Shown here in pieces: positions 46,592 to 56,248 of a stretch of DNA of 64,000 nucleotides; position 1 is the stretch's first letter; each line of letters begins with the position of its first letter. The notes beneath the pieces were generated by a model, which was given only the letters and a program-made list of their open reading frames with translations, was not told where the DNA came from and made no database searches. The position numbers and the translations under genes are program-made. The stretch is from a bacterium (GTDB taxonomy: Bacteria; Patescibacteriota; Microgenomatia; UBA1406; GWC2-37-13), in assembly GCA_030647255.1 (NCBI GenBank), contig JAUSJK010000048.1, forward strand, positions 32,540 to 96,539, read 5' to 3'.

Positions 46592-47239
46592 ATGAAACAT
46601 ACATGGAACGATGATCAAATTAGAGATTATCTAATAAATCATATTAAAAAATCAATAATAGATGATGTAGGTGGAGCATTGATAGGATGGTCAAGTCAGA
46701 TGCATAATAAAAAATACATAGCTGGATCTTTTGCCGTGCCACGAATGTTATTCCCAGAGATTGATGGTTTAGGCTCTTATATAACTGGTAATCCTAAATC
46801 TACCGGTTCGAATATAAAAACTTACATCTCAAACATTTTGGGAGAATCTAATCACAAATATAAAGAATTCGCAGGATTTATTGTTTTTATTTTCAGACAT
46901 GGGCTACTTCATCAACATCAACCAAAGGAATTTACACATAACAACAAGCAAATTGGTTGGGAGTTTCGAATTAGTGATCCAAATAATCCCATTGAAGTTA
47001 ACGAAAAATACCATTTAGAATTTAAAAGTGATGTATTAACAATAGATGCTAACATCTTTTATAGAGATATTGTCAATTCCGTTGAGGGTTTCGCAGAAGA
47101 TGTTATTACAAAATATAGAAGTACATTTGAAACTTCTCTTGATGCACAAATGAAATCTCTTACTAAAGAATCCTTGCTTAAAGAGGTGAAGTATTTGGAA
47201 GATACAGATTTTACATTTCTAGAAACCTATGAAATTTAA
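46592..47239 (+). CDS. uncharacterised 215-aa protein between hsdS and hsdR; candidate HEPN-like (RHGLLH = Rx4H)
   Basis: ATG 1 nt after the hsdS stop, and an 11-nt overlap with hsdR. No family was recognised. The only catalytic-looking motif is FIFRHGLLHQHQP (aa 100-112). Confidence 0.5.
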   Translation: MKHTWNDDQIRDYLINHIKKSIIDDVGGALIGWSSQMHNKKYIAGSFAVPRMLFPEIDGLGSYITGNPKSTGSNIKTYISNILGESNHKYKEFAGFIVFIFRHGLLHQHQPKEFTHNNKQIGWEFRISDPNNPIEVNEKYHLEFKSDVLTIDANIFYRDIVNSVEGFAEDVITKYRSTFETSLDAQMKSLTKESLLKEVKYLEDTDFTFLETYEI

Positions 47240-50189
47240 CGAACAATATACAGTCGAAAAACATGTCGTTAAATTCTTATCCCAAAACTTGGGTTATGAG
47301 TATATTACTCCTGAAGATTTTGCTGGTTTGAGAAGTCTGGAAAATGAATACCTGATAGTTTCTCATCTTATAGAAGCTGTAAAACGAATAAATAACATTA
47401 CAGATGATACTGAAATCCAAAGTGTTATCCGGGAAATAAGGAAAATTGATACAAATGAGGGCTTCTTAAAACTCCTGCGTAATGGCGTAAACCTGAAAGA
47501 TTCAGAAACAGGCAAAATGCGTGATTACATGATCGTGGGCTACGATAACCTCGAAAACAATCAATTTGTAGTCACAAATCAATTCTACTTTGAAGGCAAT
47601 CTGGAAAATATACGATCTGATATTTTGGTTTTCCTTAACGGTATTCCTGTCGTTGATATTGAGGCAAAAAGTCCCACCGCATCCACCAGTGTTAGTTATG
47701 AAAATGCGATTGGTCAAATAATACGTTACCAGCGAGTCGCTATGAAGCTATTCTGGCCTAACTGTTTTAATATTGCGACAGATGGCTTAAAAACTGTCTA
47801 TGCTACTACTTACGCACCAGAACAGTACTTCTTGCAATGGAGAGATCCCTCCTTCGCTAAAGCTTCGGCGGGCAAGGAAGATTTGGAGTCTGATACAGGA
47901 TTGGAATTGACGCTTACTTCTTTATTAGATAAAAGTAGACTCTTAGATATTATTAAAAATTTCATTGTCTTTGAACAGACAAAAGACGGTCGCATTAAAA
48001 AGATGGCTCGTTACCAACAACTTCGTGCCACAAATAAAATCGTCGAACGAGTGAAAAAGGGAGAGAAGAAACGAGGCTTAATTTGGCACACGCAGGGATC
48101 GGGAAAATCTCTAACAATGTTTTTTACCGCATGGAAGCTCAGGTTTGACGAGTCTCTCAAGAATCCAAAAGTATTTGTTCTTGTTGATCGAATCGACCTA
48201 GACAATCAGATTTATGATTCATTTATCAATGCAGGTGGTAAAAACGTAATTAGAGTTACCTCCCAGCGTGATCTTGCGAAGAAAATTACCAATGATGAAA
48301 GAGGAATCTTTATCTCTACTATCGAGAAATTTAATGAACTTCCACTACATCTTGAGAATCCTCATGAAAATATCATCATTCTTTCTGATGAGGCTCACAG
48401 GTCGAACGAGGGTGTTGCTGGAATTAAACTACGAGATTCGATGGGAAAGGCTTTCTTCTTCGGATTTACAGGTACACCAATTGATAAAACGACTCTTAAT
48501 ACTCACCGAAACTTTGGTGAAGAAGGAGAACGCTATCTTGACTACTACTCCATTCAACAAGCCATTGATGACGGAGCAACCTTACCAGTAACATATGAGG
48601 CTCGTCTTTCCAAATTCTTTATTGATGAAGAAAAAATTGACCAGCAATTTGATGAGATGACCACCGATTTATCAGATGAGCAAAAACAATTAGTCATGCG
48701 ACGCTATGGCAAGAAAGAAGCGCTTATAAAACTTGATAAACGCATGAGAGCTGTAGCTCAAGATATTGTAGATCACTACCGACTTTACATTGAGCCGAAT
48801 GGCTTTAAAGCTCAAGTCGTTTGCTATGACCGAGAAGCGACTGCCAAATTCAAACAATTATTCAACGATCTTATTCCAGCCGAATGGACAGAAGTGGTGT
48901 ATTCATCTGGTGATCCTAATACTGACTCGGAGAGCTTGAGAAAATATAATACCAGCAAAGCTCAAAGAGAAAAAATTATTGATAAGTTCAAAGACCCGAA
49001 AACTCCTCTTAAATTATTGTTAGTCTGCGATATGCTTTTAACTGGATTTGATGCCCAAATTGAACAAGCGATGTACCTGGATAAGCCTTTGCGAGATCAC
49101 AATTTATTGCAAGCGATTGCTCGGACAAACAGAGTTTATCCAAATAAGGGATGCGGAAAGATAATTGACTACTATGGAATCACAAGAAACCTCTACGAGG
49201 CTTTGAATTTCGATGAAAGTATTATCGACTCAGCACTTATTGATCTTGACCACTTGAAAAAGGAGTTTTTGGAAGTTTTAGGTGAAATAAAAGATATTTT
49301 TACTGGTATCAATCAAGAAGACCCATCTATTGAAAACTTGAGGAGATGCTTAAAAATATTCATTGATAACGAAGGCAAACAGCGATACTTCACAGATAAG
49401 TATTCCAGATTAAAGCTATTATTTGAAGTTTTGTCACCTGACCCATTCCTTGCTGATTACATTCGAACATTCAAATGGACTACCAGTGTCTATATTGCTT
49501 TCCTCAATGATTTCCGTCAAGAAAATTTTGCAATGGAGGCTTTCCGAAGCGGTGACATTCCAACCTTCGGGGAGTATGGTGAAAGAGTTAAAAAATTGAT
49601 TCAAGAACAAATCGACTATGAAGGAATTACTAAAAACTTCAGAGAGTTAAAAATAAACGATATTTATACTCTTGAACGACTCGACAAGATGGATGATGAA
49701 GAAAAAGCACTCAACTTAGAAAAGATGCTTAAACAAGAGATTTCTATAAACATTGATACAAACCCTGTATTTCAAAAGTTTAGTGAGAGATTAACAGCTA
49801 TTCGTAAAGAATTTGAACAGCACCAGATTGATCTTTCTGAACGAATCAAACGTTATTATGACTTAATGAACGATATTAAAAATAAATATGATGAAGCAAA
49901 GGAGTTAGGACTTAATTTGCAGGAATATGGATTATTTGTCATTTCTCAAGAGTTTTTACCCAAAACAGACCAGCCAATTCTGTTGAGTTTGTCTAAAGAC
50001 CTTTCAAAGAGATTGCAGGCTATTCTTGATGAGGGCTGGCAGTATTCATCTAAGCGTGAAGAATTTCTTAAAGGTGTAAAACAGACTATCCAAGAGTTGA
50101 TTTTGAAGGAATACAAAAAGAAACTACAAGTTAAAGATTTCCCTAAATTTTTAAACAGACTCGTTGACATTGTAATCAAGAAGTTCTAA
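47229..50189 (+). CDS. hsdR: Type I restriction enzyme R subunit
   Basis: N-terminal PD-(D/E)XK region (DILVFLNGIPVVDIEAK), Walker A HTQGSGKSLTM, DEAH box LSDEAHRS, motif VI QAIARTNR, 986 aa. Confidence 0.9.
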   Translation: MKFNEQYTVEKHVVKFLSQNLGYEYITPEDFAGLRSLENEYLIVSHLIEAVKRINNITDDTEIQSVIREIRKIDTNEGFLKLLRNGVNLKDSETGKMRDYMIVGYDNLENNQFVVTNQFYFEGNLENIRSDILVFLNGIPVVDIEAKSPTASTSVSYENAIGQIIRYQRVAMKLFWPNCFNIATDGLKTVYATTYAPEQYFLQWRDPSFAKASAGKEDLESDTGLELTLTSLLDKSRLLDIIKNFIVFEQTKDGRIKKMARYQQLRATNKIVERVKKGEKKRGLIWHTQGSGKSLTMFFTAWKLRFDESLKNPKVFVLVDRIDLDNQIYDSFINAGGKNVIRVTSQRDLAKKITNDERGIFISTIEKFNELPLHLENPHENIIILSDEAHRSNEGVAGIKLRDSMGKAFFFGFTGTPIDKTTLNTHRNFGEEGERYLDYYSIQQAIDDGATLPVTYEARLSKFFIDEEKIDQQFDEMTTDLSDEQKQLVMRRYGKKEALIKLDKRMRAVAQDIVDHYRLYIEPNGFKAQVVCYDREATAKFKQLFNDLIPAEWTEVVYSSGDPNTDSESLRKYNTSKAQREKIIDKFKDPKTPLKLLLVCDMLLTGFDAQIEQAMYLDKPLRDHNLLQAIARTNRVYPNKGCGKIIDYYGITRNLYEALNFDESIIDSALIDLDHLKKEFLEVLGEIKDIFTGINQEDPSIENLRRCLKIFIDNEGKQRYFTDKYSRLKLLFEVLSPDPFLADYIRTFKWTTSVYIAFLNDFRQENFAMEAFRSGDIPTFGEYGERVKKLIQEQIDYEGITKNFRELKINDIYTLERLDKMDDEEKALNLEKMLKQEISINIDTNPVFQKFSERLTAIRKEFEQHQIDLSERIKRYYDLMNDIKNKYDEAKELGLNLQEYGLFVISQEFLPKTDQPILLSLSKDLSKRLQAILDEGWQYSSKREEFLKGVKQTIQELILKEYKKKLQVKDFPKFLNRLVDIVIKKF

Positions 50190-50761
50190 TGAAAAAACAG
50201 ATTAACCTGCACAATCGAGTCGTAAACTACTCTATCCGTAGAAGTAAAAGAGCCAAGCGGATGAGGCTAGCTGTTTATTGTGACGGTAACTTCATTGTTA
50301 CTGTTCCCCAAACTTTCCCCACAAATTCAATTGATAGATACGTTATCGCTAAATCGCAGTGGGTCATCTCTAAGCTCAATTTTTTTGAAGGACTTAACAA
50401 AAAGCAGAAATTAACTTTTGGAGATAATGGATACGAGAAGTATAAGGAAAAAGCATTAGAAATGATTATCAAAAGACTGACAGCTCTTAATAAAACGCAT
50501 TATCAGTTCAAATTCAATAAATTAACAATCAGGAATCAAAAAACTCGTTGGGGAAGCTGCTCTAAGAAACGAAACCTTAACTTTAACTATAAAATATTAT
50601 TCCTGCATCCAAAGATAAGAGACTATATTATGATTCACGAACTATGTCATCTGAAAGAATTTAACCACTCGAAGAAATATTGGTCATTGGTAGAGAAAGC
50701 TCTTCCAAATTTTAAGAATGTCCAAGAGGAACTGAAAGTACACGGAATATTGTTAGGATGA
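50189..50761 (+). CDS. DUF45/YgjP-like (M48/SprT-like) zinc metallopeptidase
   Basis: KTRWGSCS...IMIHELCHLKEFNHSKKYW contains an HExxH motif. The start overlaps the hsdR stop (TAATG). Confidence 0.8.
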   Translation: MKKQINLHNRVVNYSIRRSKRAKRMRLAVYCDGNFIVTVPQTFPTNSIDRYVIAKSQWVISKLNFFEGLNKKQKLTFGDNGYEKYKEKALEMIIKRLTALNKTHYQFKFNKLTIRNQKTRWGSCSKKRNLNFNYKILFLHPKIRDYIMIHELCHLKEFNHSKKYWSLVEKALPNFKNVQEELKVHGILLG

Positions 50762-50791
50762 GGTATCATTTAGGAAGCGATTATTTTAATT

Positions 50792-51547
50792 ATGTCAAAA
50801 TACTACAACCCCAACCGGAAAAAGTATCTTTATGACTCTTTATCCAAAGAGACATTTAGATTGAGTCGGTCGAAGATAGACCTATTTCTTAATTGCCCCC
50901 GCTGTTTTTATCTTGATCGTAAACTTGGTGTCGCTCAACCGCCTGGGTATCCTTTTTCTCTCAACTCTGCTGTCGATAAACTCCTTAAAAAAGAATTTGA
51001 TATTCACCGGGCAAATGAAACGGCGCACCCGTTGATGAGAGCCTATGGGATTGATGCGATACCTTTGCGTCATGAAAAAATTGACGAGTGGCGAGATGCA
51101 TTGAGGCGGGGAATTACGTATACGATCGCTGAGGAACATGTCGTGATCACAGGGGGAGTTGATGATGTGTGGGTCAATCCAAAAGGGGAGTTTTACATTG
51201 TGGATTACAAGGCGACTTCAAAAGAGGAAGAAGTGACTCTTGATGCCGACTGGCAGATCGGATACAAAAGGCAGATGGAGATATATCAATGGTTATTTCG
51301 TCAAAATGGATATACGGTTTCCTCGACGGGATATTTTGTCTACTGTAACGGGAACACGGACAAAGAAGCATTTGACGGAAAGCTCGAATTTAACATCAAG
51401 ATTATTCCATATGTCGGGGACGATGGGTGGGTTGAAAAAACTATTCTTTCTGCGATTGAATGTCTAAAAGGCGATCATATTCCTGAAATGGGCGCAGACT
51501 GTGATTATTGTAAGTACCGTGAAGCAGTCCGTCAGTTTGAAAAATGA
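50792..51547 (+). CDS. PD-(D/E)XK nuclease with Cas4/AddB-like Cys cluster
   Basis: N-terminal CPRCFY, core GGVDDVW...YIVDYKAT (D...D-x-K) and C-terminal C-x12-CDYC. Confidence 0.65.
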   Translation: MSKYYNPNRKKYLYDSLSKETFRLSRSKIDLFLNCPRCFYLDRKLGVAQPPGYPFSLNSAVDKLLKKEFDIHRANETAHPLMRAYGIDAIPLRHEKIDEWRDALRRGITYTIAEEHVVITGGVDDVWVNPKGEFYIVDYKATSKEEEVTLDADWQIGYKRQMEIYQWLFRQNGYTVSSTGYFVYCNGNTDKEAFDGKLEFNIKIIPYVGDDGWVEKTILSAIECLKGDHIPEMGADCDYCKYREAVRQFEK

Positions 51548-51586
51548 TATCTTTACTTTCGTCCATCTTTCGTCTATAATGTGTCT

Positions 51587-52621
51587 ATGTTTGAGCCTAA
51601 ATATACCATTACAGGGAAACTGCTGGAGAATATAAAACGTGTCAATCGACTCGTGAATGATCTTAACCAAAGACGGTTTTCTGATGTGGTTTTGGTTGAG
51701 CTCCAAAAGACTGCCGAGGCGACCTCGGCATTTGCTTCAACGAGTATCGAAGGCAATCCTTTGCCGTTGACCGACGTCAAACAGATATTGAAAACAAGAC
51801 CGCACAATTTGCGGGAAAGCGAGCAGGAAGTCGTCAACTACAACGAAGCCCTGCAGGAAATCAACACAGATTTAAAAAGAGGAAAGATCTCATTTAACAT
51901 TTCCCTGGTTTTGTCCATCCAAAGAAAAGTAATCAATACCATTTTTCCTCCGTTTCAATCCGGAAAACTGCGGACTCAACCGGTATTTGTAAATGACCCT
52001 CGTCTGCAGAAAACTGTCTACTGGCCTCCCGACGTGCAGGACGTACCCGGACTTATGGAAGACCTCATTGAATTTGTGCAAAAAAATAAACATATCATTG
52101 ATTCTTTGATACTTGCGGGCATTTTTCATAAGCAAATGGTGATTATTCATCCGTTTATGGATGGAAACGGAAGGGCATCTCGTCTTTTGACAAAGATTCT
52201 TCTAGCGGAAATGGGGCTGAATACATTTAATCTTTTCAGCTTTGAAAATTATTACAATAATAATGTCACTAGGTATTTTGAAATGGTTGGAGAGAGGGGC
52301 AATTATTACGATATTGAAAAAACAATAGATTTTACATTTTGGCTTGAGTATTTTACCGATGGCATAATTGATGAATTACTGCGGGTAGAGAAACTACTTC
52401 CACACGTCTTAATAAGTCCTCAGACGGAGCTTAAGTCATATCACCAAAAAATGTTACTTCATATCAGACAAAAAGGGTATATTACCGATCGTGAGTATGC
52501 AAAACTCGTTTTCCGTGCACGATCTACCCGTCATCTTGATTTTAAAAAACTAATCAGTCTTGGATTAATCGAAATGAAAGGTGAAAGTAAAGCAGCGCAC
52601 TATGTAGTAAAAGAAAAATAA
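51587..52621 (+). CDS. Fic family protein (third in window)
   Basis: STSIEGN inhibitory motif and HPFMDGNGRASRLL. The ATG at 51587 lies just after a TATAAT (51575-80). Confidence 0.8.
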   Translation: MFEPKYTITGKLLENIKRVNRLVNDLNQRRFSDVVLVELQKTAEATSAFASTSIEGNPLPLTDVKQILKTRPHNLRESEQEVVNYNEALQEINTDLKRGKISFNISLVLSIQRKVINTIFPPFQSGKLRTQPVFVNDPRLQKTVYWPPDVQDVPGLMEDLIEFVQKNKHIIDSLILAGIFHKQMVIIHPFMDGNGRASRLLTKILLAEMGLNTFNLFSFENYYNNNVTRYFEMVGERGNYYDIEKTIDFTFWLEYFTDGIIDELLRVEKLLPHVLISPQTELKSYHQKMLLHIRQKGYITDREYAKLVFRARSTRHLDFKKLISLGLIEMKGESKAAHYVVKEK

Positions 52622-52629
52622 GATTGGGA

Positions 52630-53058
52630 TCACCAGCCAACTTCGGAATAAAACTTCTTCAGCGTGTGGTTTTGAATCGCCGTTTTGATGTAGGGGATAG
52701 TATTTGTTGGCAAATTATCAATAGGAAACCATTGTAGATCGTCACATTTTTCGGGTTCGGTATTACTCGGTTCTTTGTCCCATTTCTCAACGAAAAAGAA
52801 AAAATCGAGCCGTATATCCTCCTTTTTTCTGTGCATGACATGAGCGAGTGTAATATCTTCTTGTTTTAAATCGATACCGATCTCTTCTTTTATTTCCCGG
52901 CAGAATGCCGACGTGAGAGGTTCATTATTTTCTACGTGTCCGGCGGGGAGTCCATAGTTTCCATCCTCATATCCCGTATTTTGTCTTCTCAAAAGAAGAA
53001 TCTTATTGTTTCTTATGAAAAATCCGTATACAGACGCAATCATCTTAAATCTCTCCAT
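52630..53058 (-). CDS. NUDIX hydrolase
   Basis: Nudix box GHVENNEPLTSAFCREIKEEIG. Confidence 0.8.
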   Translation of the reverse strand: MERFKMIASVYGFFIRNNKILLLRRQNTGYEDGNYGLPAGHVENNEPLTSAFCREIKEEIGIDLKQEDITLAHVMHRKKEDIRLDFFFFVEKWDKEPSNTEPEKCDDLQWFPIDNLPTNTIPYIKTAIQNHTLKKFYSEVGW

Positions 53059-53144
53059 AGCATTTATTATACCTGGAGTAATAATCTTATGGTTAAAAAA
53101 ATTATCTATTGACTAATGCTAAAGATTTAGTAACATAATTTTAT

Positions 53145-53792
53145 ATGAGTAAACAAATCATTGTCGTTGCGGTCATTGTTATCCTGTTGGGTGCGGGTGG
53201 TTTTTTCTTTATGAGTAAGGATTCGACCAATACTAAGTCTCCCACTGATGAAGTCTCACAGGAAGGTATGACTGAGAAAACCGGTGGACCAAAATCAATC
53301 AAAGACCTTTTCTCTTTAGGAACGGCTCAGCAATGTACGTTTAAAGATACGGCGGAGAATGGGGGAACTGTGTATGTGAGTGGCGGCAAGATGAGAGGTG
53401 ATTTTACTACGGTTTCGGGAAATAAAACAATACAATCTCACATGATAAGAGACGATAAAACTTCGTATGTCTGGATGGAAGGCGAAACAATGGGATATAA
53501 AATGTCTGTCGAATCTACAAATCAAACTTCTCCTCAAGGTGGGACAACTAATACTCAAGGAAGTATCGATTTGGATAAAAAAGCCGACTACAGCTGTAAG
53601 CCTTGGGTAGTCAGTGAATCGATGTTTCAGATGCCTTCCAATGTTCAATTTACTGATTTGAACGCCATGATGCAACAAAGTCCTCCTCAAGGAGGAACAC
53701 AGGATATGAAGTCGATTCAATGTGCGGCTTGTGACACCGTTCCAGAGTTGACACCACGTGCTCAGTGTAGAGCCGCCCTCAGCTGCAACTGA
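53145..53792 (+). CDS. hypothetical exported/anchored protein
   Basis: N-terminal TM (IIVVAVIVILLGAGGFFF), an S/T/G-rich mature part and Cys pairs. Confidence 0.5.
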   Translation: MSKQIIVVAVIVILLGAGGFFFMSKDSTNTKSPTDEVSQEGMTEKTGGPKSIKDLFSLGTAQQCTFKDTAENGGTVYVSGGKMRGDFTTVSGNKTIQSHMIRDDKTSYVWMEGETMGYKMSVESTNQTSPQGGTTNTQGSIDLDKKADYSCKPWVVSESMFQMPSNVQFTDLNAMMQQSPPQGGTQDMKSIQCAACDTVPELTPRAQCRAALSCN

Positions 53793-53812
53793 CTTCTAAA
53801 TTTTAAAATTCC

Positions 53813-54997
53813 TCACTTAACTTTCAGAATGGCTTGAGAGATGGTTTCGGCGAGGTTGGGAGTGAAGACATCGGGAATAATATTCGTAGCGGTGGGTTTT
53901 TTGATCATATTGGCAAGTGCGTCTGCGGCGGCTATCTTCATTTCTTGCGTAATAACTTTGAGCCTTCCTTTGATAACAGCTCGGAAAATACCAGGGAAAG
54001 CAAGAACATTATTTATTTGATTAGGTAGATCACTGCGTCCACTCGCGACTACTTTCGCATCGGCATCTAGCGCGTCTTGGGGCATAATCTCGGGTGAAGG
54101 GTTGGCCATAGCAAACACAATCGCGTCCTTGGCCAGACTACTGACCATATCTTTGGTAATAATATTTGGCCCCGATAATCCAATAAGAACATCAGCTCCT
54201 TTTACCACATATTGCAATGTTCCTATCTTTCTATTTTTATTTGAAACGCCGGCAATAGCTTGTTTGTAAATATTTTGATGTTCGCGGCCCGAATAAAGTG
54301 CTCCATTTTTATCAACGACAATTACATCTCCGACGGCGGAGTGTCCGGGCATACGGTAACACACGTCGGCGGAACAGTTGAGACCCAGCAACATACGTGT
54401 TGTGGCCAGACCAGCTGCGCCTGCTCCAACAACAACAACTTTTAAAGAATCATAAGGTTTGTTGACGACTTTGGTGGCGTTGCGTAAAGCCGCTGAGATG
54501 ACAATGGCGGTGCCGTGTTGGTCATCATGAAATACGGGGATGCCGATATTCTGAAGCGCCTCTTCTATTTGAAAACAGCGGGGAGCTGATATGTCTTCGA
54601 GATTTATTCCGGCAAAAGAAGGAGCGATATAGGTGACAAATTTGATTATCTCGGCCGGATCTTGAGTATTCATCACAATCGGTACACTATCAACGCCGCC
54701 AAATTCTTTGAGCAAAAGTGATTTGCCTTCCATTACGGGAATTGCCGCCTCGGGGCCAATATTCCCGAGCCCAAGTACTGCCGAACCGTCGGAGATAACG
54801 GCGACCGTTCTATCTCTCCAGGTAAGATCATAAGAAAGCGATTTATTTTTGGCAATTTCTCGACTCGGTTGGGCGACGCCGGGAGTATAAAAAAGAGACA
54901 AATCATGTTTATTTTTAAGAGGAGTAGTGGGTTCAATCTTTATTTTACCCTGGTATTTTTTATGAAGCTTTAACGCCTCATCGTATATGTCGTTCAC
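53813..54997 (-). CDS. NAD(P)-dependent malic enzyme (short form)
   Basis: LSLFYTPGVA, GINLEDI, FHDDQHGTA and VVVGAGAAG. Confidence 0.9.
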   Translation of the reverse strand: MNDIYDEALKLHKKYQGKIKIEPTTPLKNKHDLSLFYTPGVAQPSREIAKNKSLSYDLTWRDRTVAVISDGSAVLGLGNIGPEAAIPVMEGKSLLLKEFGGVDSVPIVMNTQDPAEIIKFVTYIAPSFAGINLEDISAPRCFQIEEALQNIGIPVFHDDQHGTAIVISAALRNATKVVNKPYDSLKVVVVGAGAAGLATTRMLLGLNCSADVCYRMPGHSAVGDVIVVDKNGALYSGREHQNIYKQAIAGVSNKNRKIGTLQYVVKGADVLIGLSGPNIITKDMVSSLAKDAIVFAMANPSPEIMPQDALDADAKVVASGRSDLPNQINNVLAFPGIFRAVIKGRLKVITQEMKIAAADALANMIKKPTATNIIPDVFTPNLAETISQAILKVK

Positions 54998-55063
54998 GAA
55001 CTTATTTTATCATAATGTGCATTTTAATTTTGTTAATTTCCTTGTATAATCTTTGTCTGACTT

Positions 55064-56248
55064 ATGTTTAAACAAAACAGAAATTTGCTCATCATTGCGC
55101 TCATTGCTATCGTCAATGCTCTCGGATATGGGATCATTATCCCTATTTTATATTCATACTCTATGAAGTATGGTCTCTCCGATTTTCAGAACGGACTTCT
55201 TTTTGCTACCTTTTCTATCTGTCAGTTCTTTGCTACACCTGTCATCGGTCGTCTCTCAGATAAATATGGACGTAAGCCATTACTTGTATTTTCAATTGCG
55301 GGCACTGCATTGTCATTTTTGATGATGGCGTTTGCTCCGAGCGCTATTTTCCTTTTTATAGCCCGGGCACTTGACGGTATTACTGCGGGCAATATTCCCG
55401 TCGCGTCTGCTGTAATTACGGATACGACAGAGCCAAAAGACAGAGCAAAAGGGTTTGGTATAATCGGTGCCTCATTTGGATTCGGTTTTATTTTTGGTCC
55501 GGCAATATCCGCAGCGACAAGCAGTATTAACCCCGCCTTGCCTTTTATTATTGCGGCGGTAGTTTCTATCGTCGCCGTCATTATGACAGCTCTCTTTCTT
55601 CCGGAAACAAATAAAAATATGGGACAAGTCAAACATGATGGGTTATTTAATTTCGGCAAATTGCTTCATGCGTTGACAAATAGAACAATAGGAGCCACAT
55701 TGCTTCTGTCACTTCTTTTCTTTACGTCGTTTTCCATGTTTATCTATGCGTTTCAGTCAGCGTCTGTTAGGGTCTACCATATGTCGCCTAGTCAAATCTC
55801 GCTTCTTTTTACTGTATTTGGAGTGCTCAGTTTAGTCGCACAACTTGTGACACTTGGACTTGCAACAAAAGCGTTTGGAGTCAAAAGAACATTTATTACG
55901 TCGCTTCTCTGGATCTCGATCGTTTTTGTCGTCATGTCCTTTACCCGAAGTATTCTGGCATTTATCATCTGTAATATTATGTTAGGTTTGGTCAACTCGT
56001 TTATTCAGCCTTTATCACAGACGATCCTTTCGGAAGAAACAGACCCGAAAGAACAAGGAGAAATGCAGGGTCTGAACGCGTCGTATATGAGTATTGGTCA
56101 AATCATTGGTCCTATTTTAGCCGGCATATTTGCTACCTATTCAGTCACGTCGCCCTTCTTAGGAGCCGGATTGCTCGCCTTTGGGTGTTTTATTCTATCT
56201 TTCCAAATTTTTTCCCATCTTCCCAAGAAAGTACATATTTCTCCATAA
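55064..56248 (+). CDS. MFS transporter (TCR/Tet-like)
   Basis: 12 hydrophobic segments and the loop 2-3 motif GRLSDKYGRKP. Confidence 0.8.
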   Translation: MFKQNRNLLIIALIAIVNALGYGIIIPILYSYSMKYGLSDFQNGLLFATFSICQFFATPVIGRLSDKYGRKPLLVFSIAGTALSFLMMAFAPSAIFLFIARALDGITAGNIPVASAVITDTTEPKDRAKGFGIIGASFGFGFIFGPAISAATSSINPALPFIIAAVVSIVAVIMTALFLPETNKNMGQVKHDGLFNFGKLLHALTNRTIGATLLLSLLFFTSFSMFIYAFQSASVRVYHMSPSQISLLFTVFGVLSLVAQLVTLGLATKAFGVKRTFITSLLWISIVFVVMSFTRSILAFIICNIMLGLVNSFIQPLSQTILSEETDPKEQGEMQGLNASYMSIGQIIGPILAGIFATYSVTSPFLGAGLLAFGCFILSFQIFSHLPKKVHISP

